A stretch of DNA of 64,000 nucleotides from Escherichia coli (GCA_902500055.1 GCA_902500055.1_4131.1); one strand, 5' to 3'. Numbered from the stretch's first letter, positions 1 to 9,502 are shown. Notes: generated by a model from the letters alone, not told the origin. A program made the numbers and translations.

Positions 1-564
1 TCTAGCGTTGCTCGCGAATGGTGGGGTGGTAATAACGGTTTCGTTACCATCGTAATCGATCTACCAACTGATGTTGAACTAGGTACTACCAAAGTTACTT
101 CTGACGGTTCTGATGTTCAAGCTGAAGCGTATCAAACTGCTCTAAGTAATGCTCAATATAACCTATTCATGGTTACCCAACTACTACAACAACGTGCAGT
201 TCTAGTTACTACCTCTCTACTAGCTCTTGATTCAGAAGTTGTTATTCCTGCTGATTTCAAAAATGCTAATCCAAACGTAGTTGCGTTCGGCACTAGTGGT
301 GCTGATGTAGCAGGTGGTGCTAATTCTGTTGCATTGACTTTCATCTGTGAACGTCAAGACGTATTTAACAAGCAAGAAGTTCGTCCTGGTTCAGCATGTC
401 CTGCTCCAGTTGATCCAACTGTTGACCTAGCTAAGTCTATCGCTCAAGCTAAAGTTTTCCGTACCAAAACTTTCGTAAGTCAAGGTACTGATGGTGTTGG
501 TGATGCAGGTGCATCTACTGCTGTAGCAATTAAAGTACGTGCTGCTCTTCCTGTTCAACTATAA
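1..564 (+). CDS. Virion structural protein, paralog A (5' partial, continues upstream of window)
   Basis: Frame 1 is open from nt 1 to the stop at 562-564 (the ORF track starts it at the first Met, 169). C-terminal half is paralogous to the next ORF (VQQRAV..., F(I/L)xER.xVFNK motifs). Codon use looks like a highly expressed late gene. Function not identified. Confidence 0.7.
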   Translation, partial: SSVAREWWGGNNGFVTIVIDLPTDVELGTTKVTSDGSDVQAEAYQTALSNAQYNLFMVTQLLQQRAVLVTTSLLALDSEVVIPADFKNANPNVVAFGTSGADVAGGANSVALTFICERQDVFNKQEVRPGSACPAPVDPTVDLAKSIAQAKVFRTKTFVSQGTDGVGDAGASTAVAIKVRAALPVQL

Positions 565-578
565 TAGGAGGATAGATT

Positions 579-1268
579 ATGTCATATACTAATACTTCTT
601 TTGAACGTATCAATGGTTATTCCTTTGAACGTATTCTAGGTTACTTTTGTGGCACTAACGCCCTAGCATCCATTGCTATCAGTAAGCTAGGAAACGTAAA
701 CGTTCTAGTTACTGGTGCAGTTTCTTCTTATGCTGGTCTACAACGTTTTCTAAACACTGATATTCCAGAAGAAATTCTAGCATATCTAAATGATAAAGGT
801 ATCAAACGTATTGATGGAACTGCATTTGTTCTTGGCACACTAGAAGCTGATTACAATGCATCTTATGCAGCACAAACTAACGTTAAACGTATTGTCGATG
901 TTGTTCAACAACGTGCGGTTATCATCGCTACCTCTAACATCGCAGGTAATGGTCTTGAAGTATTTCCAGTTACTGGTTTCACCAACGCACCTGATGGTGT
1001 ATTGAGTGCAGGTTCAGTTAGTATTGCTGATGCTTCCGTTGTAACCTTCCTAGTTGAACGTGCTGGTGTCTTTAACAAAGATCTTAAATCACCACAAGGT
1101 GTACCAAGTACTGAATCCGAAGAAGGCCGTCTACTAATTGATGATCTAACTGGTGTTCCACTACTTGCTAAAGATGGTGTTACCGAAGTTTACCTACGTT
1201 CCCAATCTGCTGATGCAGCAGGTGATTTCGGTGTTAAACTTTTCCAATACATCCCAGCATTGGTTTAA
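579..1268 (+). CDS. Virion structural protein, paralog B (function unknown, possibly tail-associated)
   Basis: 229-aa ORF with AGGAGG RBS at 566-571; paralogous to the upstream ORF; followed by a hairpin terminator. Confidence 0.7.
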   Translation: MSYTNTSFERINGYSFERILGYFCGTNALASIAISKLGNVNVLVTGAVSSYAGLQRFLNTDIPEEILAYLNDKGIKRIDGTAFVLGTLEADYNASYAAQTNVKRIVDVVQQRAVIIATSNIAGNGLEVFPVTGFTNAPDGVLSAGSVSIADASVVTFLVERAGVFNKDLKSPQGVPSTESEEGRLLIDDLTGVPLLAKDGVTEVYLRSQSADAAGDFGVKLFQYIPALV

Positions 1269-1285
1269 TATTTTTCAAAAGAAAA

Positions 1286-1309
1286 GGAGAGCATTTGCTC
1301 TCCTTTTTT
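1286..1309 (+). terminator. Rho-independent terminator (GGAGAGC-loop-GCTCTCC plus T-run)
   Basis: 7-bp GC-rich stem, 4-nt loop, followed by TTTTTT; A-run upstream makes it potentially bidirectional. Confidence 0.6.
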
Positions 1310-1314
1310 ATATG

Positions 1315-2040
1315 TTATCTATATGAACGAAATCCTTCAGGCAAACCAGGTAGCTTGTCTAATCCTTCGTTCGCACTCACCAGCTTTGTGTCGTAATCAT
1401 CACTGAAATCATCCGTAGCAAGTTTACGCCCCAAGTCTCTCACAAAGTTATCGATAATTTCTTCTTCATCATTTCCTGGATGACCTTCAGCTTTCAACTT
1501 TTTCCAGAAATATTCATTATAGTCAAATACAAACTCAACTTCATTAGTTTCAGGATCAAGAACAACATCCAAATCAATCCAAGGTTCTTTACGAAGTGTG
1601 TATATTTCCTTAGAATATTCACTTTGTGTGATTTCATCGTAACGATATGCAAATTCAATAGCCTTAAGCCTTTTTTCATCACCTTCTGGCATTAACTCAA
1701 TGATTTCCATATCATATTCTTTTTCTGTAATAACTCCAATACTTAGTTTTGCATCAAGAACTTTAACATCATACTGTTCACGAGTAATTTTAGAATATTT
1801 TAGTTCAACATCAAGTACAGCAATTAGATATTCCAAATCTCCAATTACGCTATATTTCTTTTTAATATCCAATTGGGCCACTTCAACTTCATATGGAGTT
1901 AGATATGTCAATTCAGCAACTTTCATATCAGCTTCATAATCATCATTGTAGTAATATGCTTTAGCTATCTCTTTTGCCTTTCCAGAAAGTCCCCAGTGAG
2001 CAGGGACCATCCAAAATGGAATAAATTTCTTTTTAGCCAT
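1315..2040 (-). CDS. Hypothetical protein (acidic, about 241 aa)
   Basis: Long minus-strand ORF immediately downstream of the GroES-like gene. Start taken at the MAKKK Met (2040); the track's 2052 start overlaps the GroES stop. No motif recognised. Confidence 0.55.
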   Translation of the reverse strand: MAKKKFIPFWMVPAHWGLSGKAKEIAKAYYYNDDYEADMKVAELTYLTPYEVEVAQLDIKKKYSVIGDLEYLIAVLDVELKYSKITREQYDVKVLDAKLSIGVITEKEYDMEIIELMPEGDEKRLKAIEFAYRYDEITQSEYSKEIYTLRKEPWIDLDVVLDPETNEVEFVFDYNEYFWKKLKAEGHPGNDEEEIIDNFVRDLGRKLATDDFSDDYDTKLVSANEGLDKLPGLPEGFRSYR

Positions 2041-2332
2041 TTTTCTTACCAAAAATCTCTTCGATTTTCATTACATAATATGTATCTTCGCCGCCACCAA
2101 GATCTTCAGTCAGTGGTGTGTTCAAAGATGAACGACCAAACACAACCATATCACCTTCTTTAATATTATGTTCTGCAAGTTGTCCGTTCGGAAGAATTTT
2201 ACCTGGACCAACGGAAATTACCATCCCAATACATGGTGGTTCAACATTACCTAGAATAATACCACCAGTACTTTTATTCTGTGCTTCAATTTGTCGAACA
2301 AGAACGTAATCATTAATCATTTTAATTTTCAT
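2033..2332 (-). CDS. groES: Co-chaperonin GroES (Cpn10) homolog
   Basis: MKIKMINDYVLVRQIEAQNKSTGGIIL...VGPGKILPNGQL...IKEGDMVVF aligns motif-for-motif with E. coli GroES (HDRVIVKR..KSAGGIVL, VGNGRILENGEV, VKVGDIVIF). GGAGGT RBS upstream of the ATG at 2332. Confidence 0.85.
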   Translation of the reverse strand: MKIKMINDYVLVRQIEAQNKSTGGIILGNVEPPCIGMVISVGPGKILPNGQLAEHNIKEGDMVVFGRSSLNTPLTEDLGGGEDTYYVMKIEEIFGKKNG

Positions 2333-2333
2333 A

Positions 2334-2540
2334 TTAGTAACCTCCAGTATTTGCAAACCATTTTCCACGGAAATAAAGATTAGCACCCTTATCACCTGGA
2401 GTGAACACTTCCAACTTCATAGTTTTTTCACCATTACATTTAGGACAATCATGAGGTTCATCACGATTTGCAATTTTAACAATTTTTTCCATGCTATGTT
2501 TGCATTCTTCTTTTTCACAACGATATGTATATAATGGCAT
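2334..2540 (-). CDS. FmdB-family zinc-ribbon protein
   Basis: 68 aa, MPLYTYRCEKEEC...CPKC: N-terminal Y.Y.C..C plus distal CPxC, the FmdB-type putative regulatory zinc-ribbon pattern. Confidence 0.5.
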   Translation of the reverse strand: MPLYTYRCEKEECKHSMEKIVKIANRDEPHDCPKCNGEKTMKLEVFTPGDKGANLYFRGKWFANTGGY

Positions 2541-2604
2541 TTTGTATTCCTTTACTTTTTAAATCAAACTAATTTGGGGAACATAGTGTTCCCCGTTATT
2601 TATA

Positions 2605-3336
2605 TTAGCAGCCTGTTACGTAAAATTTGTATACTGCAATTCCAGTATCTAGTGTTACATTTAGCATACCAGTTTTAGTAATACCAAGTGATACTGATTC
2701 GGCATTAGATACGCGAGATAATGCTTGAAGTACGCGATCAATATTATAACCAAAACCAAGACCTAATTCACCTTCAGTTTTAGAAAAAGCTAGAGAACCA
2801 ACGTGGTTACTTTTGTTTTTCTCACCAACGTGAAAGTATAGGGTGTCGCCTTCAGTATACGGAGTTACAAGAGAACTAAAAGATTTAAATACACCAGAAA
2901 AACTCTTTAGTTCCTGAACTTTTGCTGCACTAGGAATAACCTGTACGTCATATGGTTGTTCATGAAAACGTGGTTGAACTGGAATAAGTTTTTCAGCTTG
3001 TACCATAAATGTAGTGCTTGCATCTTCAGATTTAAATGCCAGACTTTTAACTGAACCATCTTTAACATTTGATGTGATTGTGGTTCCTTCGGTACTGTAT
3101 GTTTTTAGAGACATTAGACCCTGAAGAAGACCTAGATTACCTAAGCCAAAACGACCCTGAACTTCAGGAACATCTTCTTTAGTATATGCTCGCATTACAA
3201 GAGTTCGGTCATCTGTGTACGCTTCTAGATATACACGTTGTCCTTCACCACGGTCTTCACTGCTTACTGCAATACAAGAGAAGTCAATACCACTGGTTGT
3301 GTTTACGAGGTCACGTAGTACGTTGCGTAGATCCAT
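2605..3336 (-). CDS. Possible DNA polymerase sliding clamp (gp45-like); otherwise hypothetical
   Basis: 243 aa, close to gp45 size. N-terminus (LRDLVNTTSGI) and an internal GRFGLGNLGLLQGLMSL block resemble T4 gp45 (LLKNFATINSGI; YDLNGFLGILSLV) as recalled from memory. Sits in the replication block near the polymerase. Confidence 0.35.
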   Translation of the reverse strand: MDLRNVLRDLVNTTSGIDFSCIAVSSEDRGEGQRVYLEAYTDDRTLVMRAYTKEDVPEVQGRFGLGNLGLLQGLMSLKTYSTEGTTITSNVKDGSVKSLAFKSEDASTTFMVQAEKLIPVQPRFHEQPYDVQVIPSAAKVQELKSFSGVFKSFSSLVTPYTEGDTLYFHVGEKNKSNHVGSLAFSKTEGELGLGFGYNIDRVLQALSRVSNAESVSLGITKTGMLNVTLDTGIAVYKFYVTGC

Positions 3337-3400
3337 TATATAATTCTCCGTTTTATTTGTTAATCAAAAAATGTTTTTATGTAAGATTACTACAAGCACC

Positions 3401-3430
3401 ATTATATCTCAAAAATGATGCTTGTCTCAA
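3401..3430 (-). promoter_or_regulatory. Sigma70-like promoter upstream of the 2605-3336 gene
   Basis: On the minus strand: TTGAGA (-35), 18-nt spacer, TATAAT (-10), about 60 nt upstream of the ATG at 3336; GGAGAA RBS in between. Confidence 0.4.
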
Positions 3431-3437
3431 TTTTTTA

Positions 3438-3737
3438 TCAGTATTTTGTATTCCAACGTTGAAGATAAGGCTTATCAATTGTAGAACTCATGCCAATTTT
3501 ATCTCGTAATTTTTTCAAGTCTTTTAATGTATGTACATCATCGACAAAAACAACTTTACGCTTTTTCACAAGAGTGTAAACATCAGCAATCTCTCCGTCA
3601 ACTTCCACTGAACCAGTGCGAGTAAAACCCGCACCAATTAGAACTACTTCTTCATCATTATCATATGCTAGTACAGAATTAATGATGCCATTACCTTCTA
3701 ATACTTCACCAATACGCTTATATATATTACTCATCAT
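3438..3737 (-). CDS. Hypothetical protein (99 aa)
   Basis: ORF begins ATGATG, overlapping the end of a small upstream ORF (translational coupling). No motif recognised. Confidence 0.55.
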   Translation of the reverse strand: MMSNIYKRIGEVLEGNGIINSVLAYDNDEEVVLIGAGFTRTGSVEVDGEIADVYTLVKKRKVVFVDDVHTLKDLKKLRDKIGMSSTIDKPYLQRWNTKY

Positions 3738-3876
3738 TTTTACCTTGTAATGAAGTCCATTCTACATATTTTTCCCATGCCTCATTTACACTTTCTTCAG
3801 TAAGATTCAACATCTCATTAGTGAAAGTATCGTTTACTTCGTCATAGTTTAGTTCAATTTCATTTACAATAACCAT
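3727..3876 (-). CDS. Small hypothetical protein (49 aa), translationally coupled to the DNA polymerase
   Basis: ATG at 3876 preceded by AAGGAG that overlaps the polymerase stop codon; its own stop overlaps the start of the next gene. Not in the ORF track (below size cut-off); translated by hand. Confidence 0.35.
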   Translation of the reverse strand: MVIVNEIELNYDEVNDTFTNEMLNLTEESVNEAWEKYVEWTSLQGKNDE

Positions 3877-3887
3877 ATTATTACTCC

Positions 3888-6800
3888 TTACCAAGTGAAG
3901 AATCCATTGTTTACTGACGCAGTACTTTTTTCATGAATACCAATATCCATATCCAAAATACCAAAAATATTCTCTAATTTTTTAGTTAGAACAATCTCTT
4001 CCATTTTTTCAGTATCAAATGGTAGTTCCAAGAACCATTCTGGAAGATACTCAACACAGTCAATTGGATAACCAACTGCTTTAATTCCCATAGGATTATC
4101 TTTTAAGTTACAGACAATTACTTTTGTTCCATCTGTTACTTCTGGAACAGATTTATCATCATAAACTTCACGTAGACGGTTCCATTGGATACCAGCAAGA
4201 ACGTGACCAACTTTACACTTACCAGTTAGCTGATATTCAGCCTCTAAATTAGTGTAGTTTTTTACAGTTTTTGGTGAACCTTTTTCATGTACAGGCATAT
4301 CCTTAAATACGTCCTTAAACTCACGTACACGCTGTTTTAGCTGTTGTTCACTCTCACCTACCAGTAATGCGATTAGAGTCTCTTCTAGGAAGTTCTGGAT
4401 GTATTTTGGCGTGTCTGAGCGTTTAATTTCAAGACCCATCGCTTTGATTTCACCTGGTTTACCATCAATATCTTTACGGAACCCATCTTCCCAGTACTTC
4501 AGAATTGCATAACGTTTTTTCTTCAAGAATAGGCCACGCGAACCAACCATCTCAAGGTCTGCACCAACAATCTTACCTTTTTCAATACCAGTGTTGAACA
4601 TCTCATGCATAAATGATGGGAAAGATTCACCAACTTCTTCACCAATTTTAATATACATATCAACAATCTCTTCTTTAGATAGATTATATGGAATACCTTG
4701 TTCTTTCAGATAATGAGTTACACTAAAGTAAACTGAGTCAGTATCACCATAAATTACTGAACCACCTTGGTGGTTATATACACCAGTAGTAATTTCATTG
4801 ATACGACTTGCCATATGTTTGGTCATAGAACGTCCAGTTAATGTTACGGATTGACCTAAACGTTTGTCAAAAAAACGAGAACCTTTGTTCAATAGTGCAC
4901 CATATAGACTGTTTAGAAGAATCTTACGAATCTGTTGGTTCTGTTTCCAGAAAGCACTACGTTGTTTGAAGTAATCTTTTTCTTCTTTAGGACAGAAAAT
5001 ACGACCATCTTTTAGTACTAATCCGTTTTCTACAATCAACTTAGCAACTTCATCCCACTGTCCTTTACCAATTTCTTTACGAAGTAAGTATACAGGATCA
5101 TTATCATGAATATTAGTTCTAAACATTGTACCAGGGGTATAGTTTGATAGTAGTGGTTCGACTTTTTCATAGCCATTAAACTCCCAACCATCAGTATACA
5201 TATGTTTGTAGTCAATGACCATTTTTTGCTGTGCTTTACGTTCAGAATACCATTGAGTTAGAATGTCAGGAATTACACCAGACTTAGACTTATCAAAAAG
5301 TGTTCCGTTTGCACTAAGTACAATAGTACTATCTTCTGCAAAAATAATATCATATAGCTCTTTGCCCGTTGCTTTAAAAGAACTCCCATCTTCTAAATCA
5401 ACAATCAATGTTTCTTCTGACTTTTCATGAACCATTGTAAATTCAACAGCAGCAAATAAACCATGCCATGCCGCAGTCCAATCTGGTTCAAATGATTTAG
5501 ATTTAGATTTGTTCTTCTGTTCTTGGATTTTAGCTGCAAGATACGCATCGGTGTAATCTTGACGTAATTGACCAAGAATACATTCAGTACTCATACCCAA
5601 AGTACGTAGAACAGTAGGGTAAAGAGAGTTAAAGTCAGTACACCCAAGGTCACTTACAAGTCCTAGTACTGGATCTTGTACCCATGCACCTGCTGCTTTT
5701 GCACTAATTTTCTCATCTTCATCTTCACCATCTTCACCATAATATTCCATTTCTGGATCAAACTCAAGATCATCTTTCGGTGCTTTGTTGAAAACAACTT
5801 CACCACGAGTATGTGCTAAGTTGATAATAGCAGTGTCGATTAGTGCTACTGAACCCATTGTTGTACTGATAAGTACACATTCTTTGTGTGCAAGTCGATT
5901 GTGTAGGTTGATATAGTCACATTTAGCATCAATCTTTTTAAGAAGAATACTATCCTGTTTAGAATAACGCAAGAAAGTAATGTAATCCTCTCTGTAAAGT
6001 TTATCCAATGAACCTTCATATGATACTTTATTTTCTTTAGTTACTTTTTCAGCAATATAATCTAGTTTATAAGATTGTTCAACTTGACCAGCATGTTTCT
6101 TATACAAAGCCAAATAATCAAGATGGACGCGACCTACCAGATCATATGTTTGAACAGTTTTACCAAAGTTGTCTGCTTCACGTGAATTTGGTTTTTTATT
6201 CCATAAACACCAACGAGCAGTTGTTGCTTCATTGAAGATTTTTTTAGTTCGATTGATCATATATGGAATATCAAAGAATTCACTATTCCATCCTGAAATA
6301 ACATCAGAATCATCAATTAAACTAAAGAATTCCATAAACATTTCCTTTTCGTCTGTATATAAAATTACAGTACTGTTAGGATCGTTTGTTTCTTCATTTA
6401 GTTGGCGAACAATATCTTGTGCTTCATAAATTTCCATATCAGCAGGTGGTAAAGTAAGTACATAATCCTTTCCAGTCCATGATTGATATAGAGAAATAGC
6501 GGTTACTCGGTTAAACGGGTCTGATGGTGGAGCATAACCAAATTTCTTATGGAAATCAGTCTCGATATCGAAGAACACGATGTTCAAATCGGGTGAACCT
6601 TTTCCCATATATTCTTTAGCTAATGTTTTAAATGTAATGTTACAATCACTTTCAAAAATACGTAGACCTTCACTTTTGTGTTGCTCTACACTTTTATTCA
6701 TTTGAGCTTGAGTTTGAAACTCAAAATGTTTAGCCATTGTACCATAAACAGTTTTATGTGTTCCTTGTGGGGATTCAACATAATATTCATATACTGGTTC

Positions 6801-6893
6801 TAATTCGCGTAGAATACGTTTACCATTCTTACGTTCAACTACATGAAGAATATCACCAGTACGTTTACGTTCCATATAAGCATCGATATACAT
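3888..6893 (-). CDS. gp43: Family B DNA polymerase with 3'-5' exonuclease (T4 gp43-like)
   Basis: 1001 aa. Exo I motif FFDIETD; Pol motif A DFNSLYPT; motif B KILLNSLYGALLN; motif C YGDTDS. AAGGGA RBS upstream of the ATG at 6893. Confidence 0.95.
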   Translation of the reverse strand: MYIDAYMERKRTGDILHVVERKNGKRILRELEPVYEYYVESPQGTHKTVYGTMAKHFEFQTQAQMNKSVEQHKSEGLRIFESDCNITFKTLAKEYMGKGSPDLNIVFFDIETDFHKKFGYAPPSDPFNRVTAISLYQSWTGKDYVLTLPPADMEIYEAQDIVRQLNEETNDPNSTVILYTDEKEMFMEFFSLIDDSDVISGWNSEFFDIPYMINRTKKIFNEATTARWCLWNKKPNSREADNFGKTVQTYDLVGRVHLDYLALYKKHAGQVEQSYKLDYIAEKVTKENKVSYEGSLDKLYREDYITFLRYSKQDSILLKKIDAKCDYINLHNRLAHKECVLISTTMGSVALIDTAIINLAHTRGEVVFNKAPKDDLEFDPEMEYYGEDGEDEDEKISAKAAGAWVQDPVLGLVSDLGCTDFNSLYPTVLRTLGMSTECILGQLRQDYTDAYLAAKIQEQKNKSKSKSFEPDWTAAWHGLFAAVEFTMVHEKSEETLIVDLEDGSSFKATGKELYDIIFAEDSTIVLSANGTLFDKSKSGVIPDILTQWYSERKAQQKMVIDYKHMYTDGWEFNGYEKVEPLLSNYTPGTMFRTNIHDNDPVYLLRKEIGKGQWDEVAKLIVENGLVLKDGRIFCPKEEKDYFKQRSAFWKQNQQIRKILLNSLYGALLNKGSRFFDKRLGQSVTLTGRSMTKHMASRINEITTGVYNHQGGSVIYGDTDSVYFSVTHYLKEQGIPYNLSKEEIVDMYIKIGEEVGESFPSFMHEMFNTGIEKGKIVGADLEMVGSRGLFLKKKRYAILKYWEDGFRKDIDGKPGEIKAMGLEIKRSDTPKYIQNFLEETLIALLVGESEQQLKQRVREFKDVFKDMPVHEKGSPKTVKNYTNLEAEYQLTGKCKVGHVLAGIQWNRLREVYDDKSVPEVTDGTKVIVCNLKDNPMGIKAVGYPIDCVEYLPEWFLELPFDTEKMEEIVLTKKLENIFGILDMDIGIHEKSTASVNNGFFTW

Positions 6894-6920
6894 CGTTTGT
6901 ATTCCCTTACGTTTATTAAG

Positions 6921-6950
6921 TTAAAAAGAAAGCCTCCGTCATTGGAGGCT
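6921..6950 (-). terminator. Hairpin terminator between the 6973-7275 gene and the polymerase gene
   Basis: AGCCTCC-loop-GGAGGCT stem followed on the minus strand by TTCTTTTT; lies directly upstream of the polymerase RBS. Confidence 0.5.
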
Positions 6951-6972
6951 ATTTAATATATTTTAGTACTAA

Positions 6973-7275
6973 TTAGTAATCATCTGCTTGTGGAAGATTA
7001 TTAGTAACACTAAGAATAGTTTCGATATTATCGAGTTTATTTTGTTTGTCAAAGTAATCACCTTTGTACATACGTTGTGCAGCTTGTTTGATATCAGATG
7101 CATCGATACCAAGTTCATCAGAAACACTAGAAACAAAATCAGATAAGGATGCTTTGGTATCATCAATGAAAGTTAGTTGTACAACAATGTTGTTAAGTGC
7201 GTCACCGAGACGTTTACGTTGTTCATCGTTTAGATCACGAATTTCAACTTTAACTTCTTTTTTAGATTTAGCCAT
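6973..7275 (-). CDS. Hypothetical protein (about 100 aa)
   Basis: Start chosen at the MAKSKKEV Met, which has a GGAG RBS; the track start at 7302 has none. No motif recognised. Confidence 0.5.
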   Translation of the reverse strand: MAKSKKEVKVEIRDLNDEQRKRLGDALNNIVVQLTFIDDTKASLSDFVSSVSDELGIDASDIKQAAQRMYKGDYFDKQNKLDNIETILSVTNNLPQADDY

Positions 7276-7365
7276 TTTGTATTTCTCCATGTGTGTTTTC
7301 AAAAAAATGTCACCTCACCACAATCGGTGAGATGACTTAATTGTATCACGTCTTTACGTGTTGTC

Positions 7366-7881
7366 TCATTTTTTTTCCGGTTTAACTGGAAATGAAAATG
7401 TTTTCTTGATCATGTCTGCTGGTTTGATTGAATTCAATTGCGTTACATAATCTTTCAATTTTACAAACAATACAGCTTCTTCATCAGTTGCTAACTCAAG
7501 ATCCATAGCAGTTTTTAAGTGTCCAAGTTCTTGAATTGCAATGTATTTCAAATTAGATAATTCATTTTTTAGGCGTTCAATTTTTTCTTCTTTAGTTTCA
7601 ATATAGTCATGAATAGTATTTCCATCGTAAACCATACCATAAAGTTTGTTAATATCACCATCATATTCAATTTCAGAAACACTAAAACCTAAAGGTACTA
7701 GATCATAAATGTTATATGATGCTGAAACAATTAAACCGTTAATATCATACATAAATTTTGCTTTATTAATGTCAAACAATTCACGAGATTCATACCAATC
7801 CATACCTTCATCGGACATCATATACAAAGAATTAGGATTACCACCTTCTTTTTCATACATCTTAAAATTTGTTAGTTGCAT
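7366..7881 (-). CDS. Tail fibre assembly chaperone (Tfa-like)
   Basis: Immediately downstream of the tail fibre gene. C-terminus (LKDYVTQLNSIKPADMIKKTFSFPVKPE) fits the conserved Tfa C-terminal pattern. Start set at 7881 (AAGGAA RBS) rather than 7923. Confidence 0.6.
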   Translation of the reverse strand: MQLTNFKMYEKEGGNPNSLYMMSDEGMDWYESRELFDINKAKFMYDINGLIVSASYNIYDLVPLGFSVSEIEYDGDINKLYGMVYDGNTIHDYIETKEEKIERLKNELSNLKYIAIQELGHLKTAMDLELATDEEAVLFVKLKDYVTQLNSIKPADMIKKTFSFPVKPEKK

Positions 7882-7891
7882 TACACATTCC

Positions 7892-9502
7892 TTATTGTTG
7901 ACGTACTGTTTCCCAGTTACCATTTATTTGCATTTGAACATAGCGATAACTAATTCGTTCTAAGTGAGTGCCTGAACTACCATTAACAGAAATCCATACG
8001 CCATCCATAAATGCACCTTCTGGTGTATATGTCCATGAAGAATCAGGTATTTTACGTGTTTCAATACGTGCACTCAAACGAATACTTTGTACGTTATTAG
8101 TACTAATTTGCAAAGTAACGTTGCCACTAGCATCAGCAGCAGTACCGTTAATTGAACGAACAATATTTTTACCACCAACAGTAGCTGAGTTGTTAGAAAC
8201 AGTTAATGATGGAGCAGCTAAAGTACCAGAAGAGTTTACAGTAACTTCTGCTCCACCGGAACGCAATCTCAATGTATTATTTGAAGAGTTATGATACACT
8301 GCCGCACGCTCACCACCGCTTGCGTTACGGAAATATAGAACTAATGATGTATCATTTGACTTAATTGACGCACTGTTTGCAATAGTCAATGAACCAGTCA
8401 TTGTATCACCAGTTTTTAGTACATAACGAGTGTTTGCAACTTTTTCACTCAATGCAACGTTAGATTCAGCAATGTTATATAGATATGCAACGTTAAAGTG
8501 TTCCACATCAATGTTACTAATACCATGATAGTGTGGTTGGTTTCCACCAAGTGTGTTAGTGTTTCCACTAAATGAGTGAATGTGGTCTGGTGCTTCGTTA
8601 ATGTTATTGATTACAGTTGGTATACCGTTATCATTACTTGAAGTTATCGCATTTAGACCACTACGGTCCATACCTTTTAGTGCTTGACTATGACCATGAC
8701 GACCAGCAGCCCCTGTGGTCCCACTAAAACTAAATGAGTGTGATGGTAATTGGGCAACACTTAATACTGTGCCGCTAATATTACCGCTACTACCAATAAC
8801 ACTATCAGTTTTAGTTACACCAGATGTAGATATACCTTTTAAGTACGCTTTTTGGTTAAGGTTTGGTACTTGTTTAGTAATTGTACCATTTTCCCCCTCC
8901 CATTGCCACCACATACCATCAGCAAAACACCAACCGTCAGACGTTTTCCACGGAGCACCTTGTGAACCGTTTCTCCCACTTTGTCCATTCGATTGTCCTG
9001 ACATTTGTTCACGTATACTAGCAACAGATTGACCAGAAGTCAATGAATATTGTGTAATAGCACCAGGTTTAAGTGAAGTGTAAAGACCAGTTGGACCAGA
9101 ACCACCACTAGAAGCAGTAGGGAATACAATGTTTAAGGTTGTTCCACTAATACTTGCACTAGGAACAGTACTACTACTGTATGTTACACTTTCTACTTTT
9201 AAATTTAATTTTCGGTTTACTTCATCTAATGAAATTCTAATTGGTTCCAAAATAGTATCAGTATCATATACTGCAACCCAACTTGTACCGTTATGATACT
9301 TCAAAACTAATTCGCTTCGATCAAAAACCATTGCACCTTGTTCACCAGTAGGTAAAGTTTGTACTGGTATAATAACTGATGACGAATTAAAACGAATAGG
9401 TCTTGGGTTAGTTGGTGTACCACCAAGCACTATTAGTTCTAAAGATCCATTAGCACCAGTACTGGTCATTGTATCCAATGGGTTATTAAAACTTATGCTC
9501 AT
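7892..9502 (-). CDS. Tail fibre protein with His-x-His motifs (gp12/gp37-like receptor-binding fibre)
   Basis: 536 aa, Ser/Thr/Gly/Asn-rich fibrous composition. Contains GRHGHS, PDHIHSF and PHYHG (HxH motifs typical of T4-type fibre tips). Followed by a Tfa-like chaperone gene. Confidence 0.75.
   Translation of the reverse strand: MSISFNNPLDTMTSTGANGSLELIVLGGTPTNPRPIRFNSSSVIIPVQTLPTGEQGAMVFDRSELVLKYHNGTSWVAVYDTDTILEPIRISLDEVNRKLNLKVESVTYSSSTVPSASISGTTLNIVFPTASSGGSGPTGLYTSLKPGAITQYSLTSGQSVASIREQMSGQSNGQSGRNGSQGAPWKTSDGWCFADGMWWQWEGENGTITKQVPNLNQKAYLKGISTSGVTKTDSVIGSSGNISGTVLSVAQLPSHSFSFSGTTGAAGRHGHSQALKGMDRSGLNAITSSNDNGIPTVINNINEAPDHIHSFSGNTNTLGGNQPHYHGISNIDVEHFNVAYLYNIAESNVALSEKVANTRYVLKTGDTMTGSLTIANSASIKSNDTSLVLYFRNASGGERAAVYHNSSNNTLRLRSGGAEVTVNSSGTLAAPSLTVSNNSATVGGKNIVRSINGTAADASGNVTLQISTNNVQSIRLSARIETRKIPDSSWTYTPEGAFMDGVWISVNGSSGTHLERISYRYVQMQINGNWETVRQQ

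Noticed and set aside
2574-2592. GGGGAAC-atagt-GTTCCCC hairpin as a terminator
   Set aside because: It is a clean 7-bp stem, but the minus strand (the transcribed strand here) has no U-run after it; it may be an RNA processing or stability element, so it was not called a terminator.
6737-9032. Short plus-strand ORFs (6737-6919, 7064-7330, 7709-7963, 7968-8294, 8715-9032) overlapping the polymerase, Tfa and tail fibre genes
   Set aside because: They are embedded antisense in motif-supported minus-strand genes, have no RBS, and give low-complexity translations.
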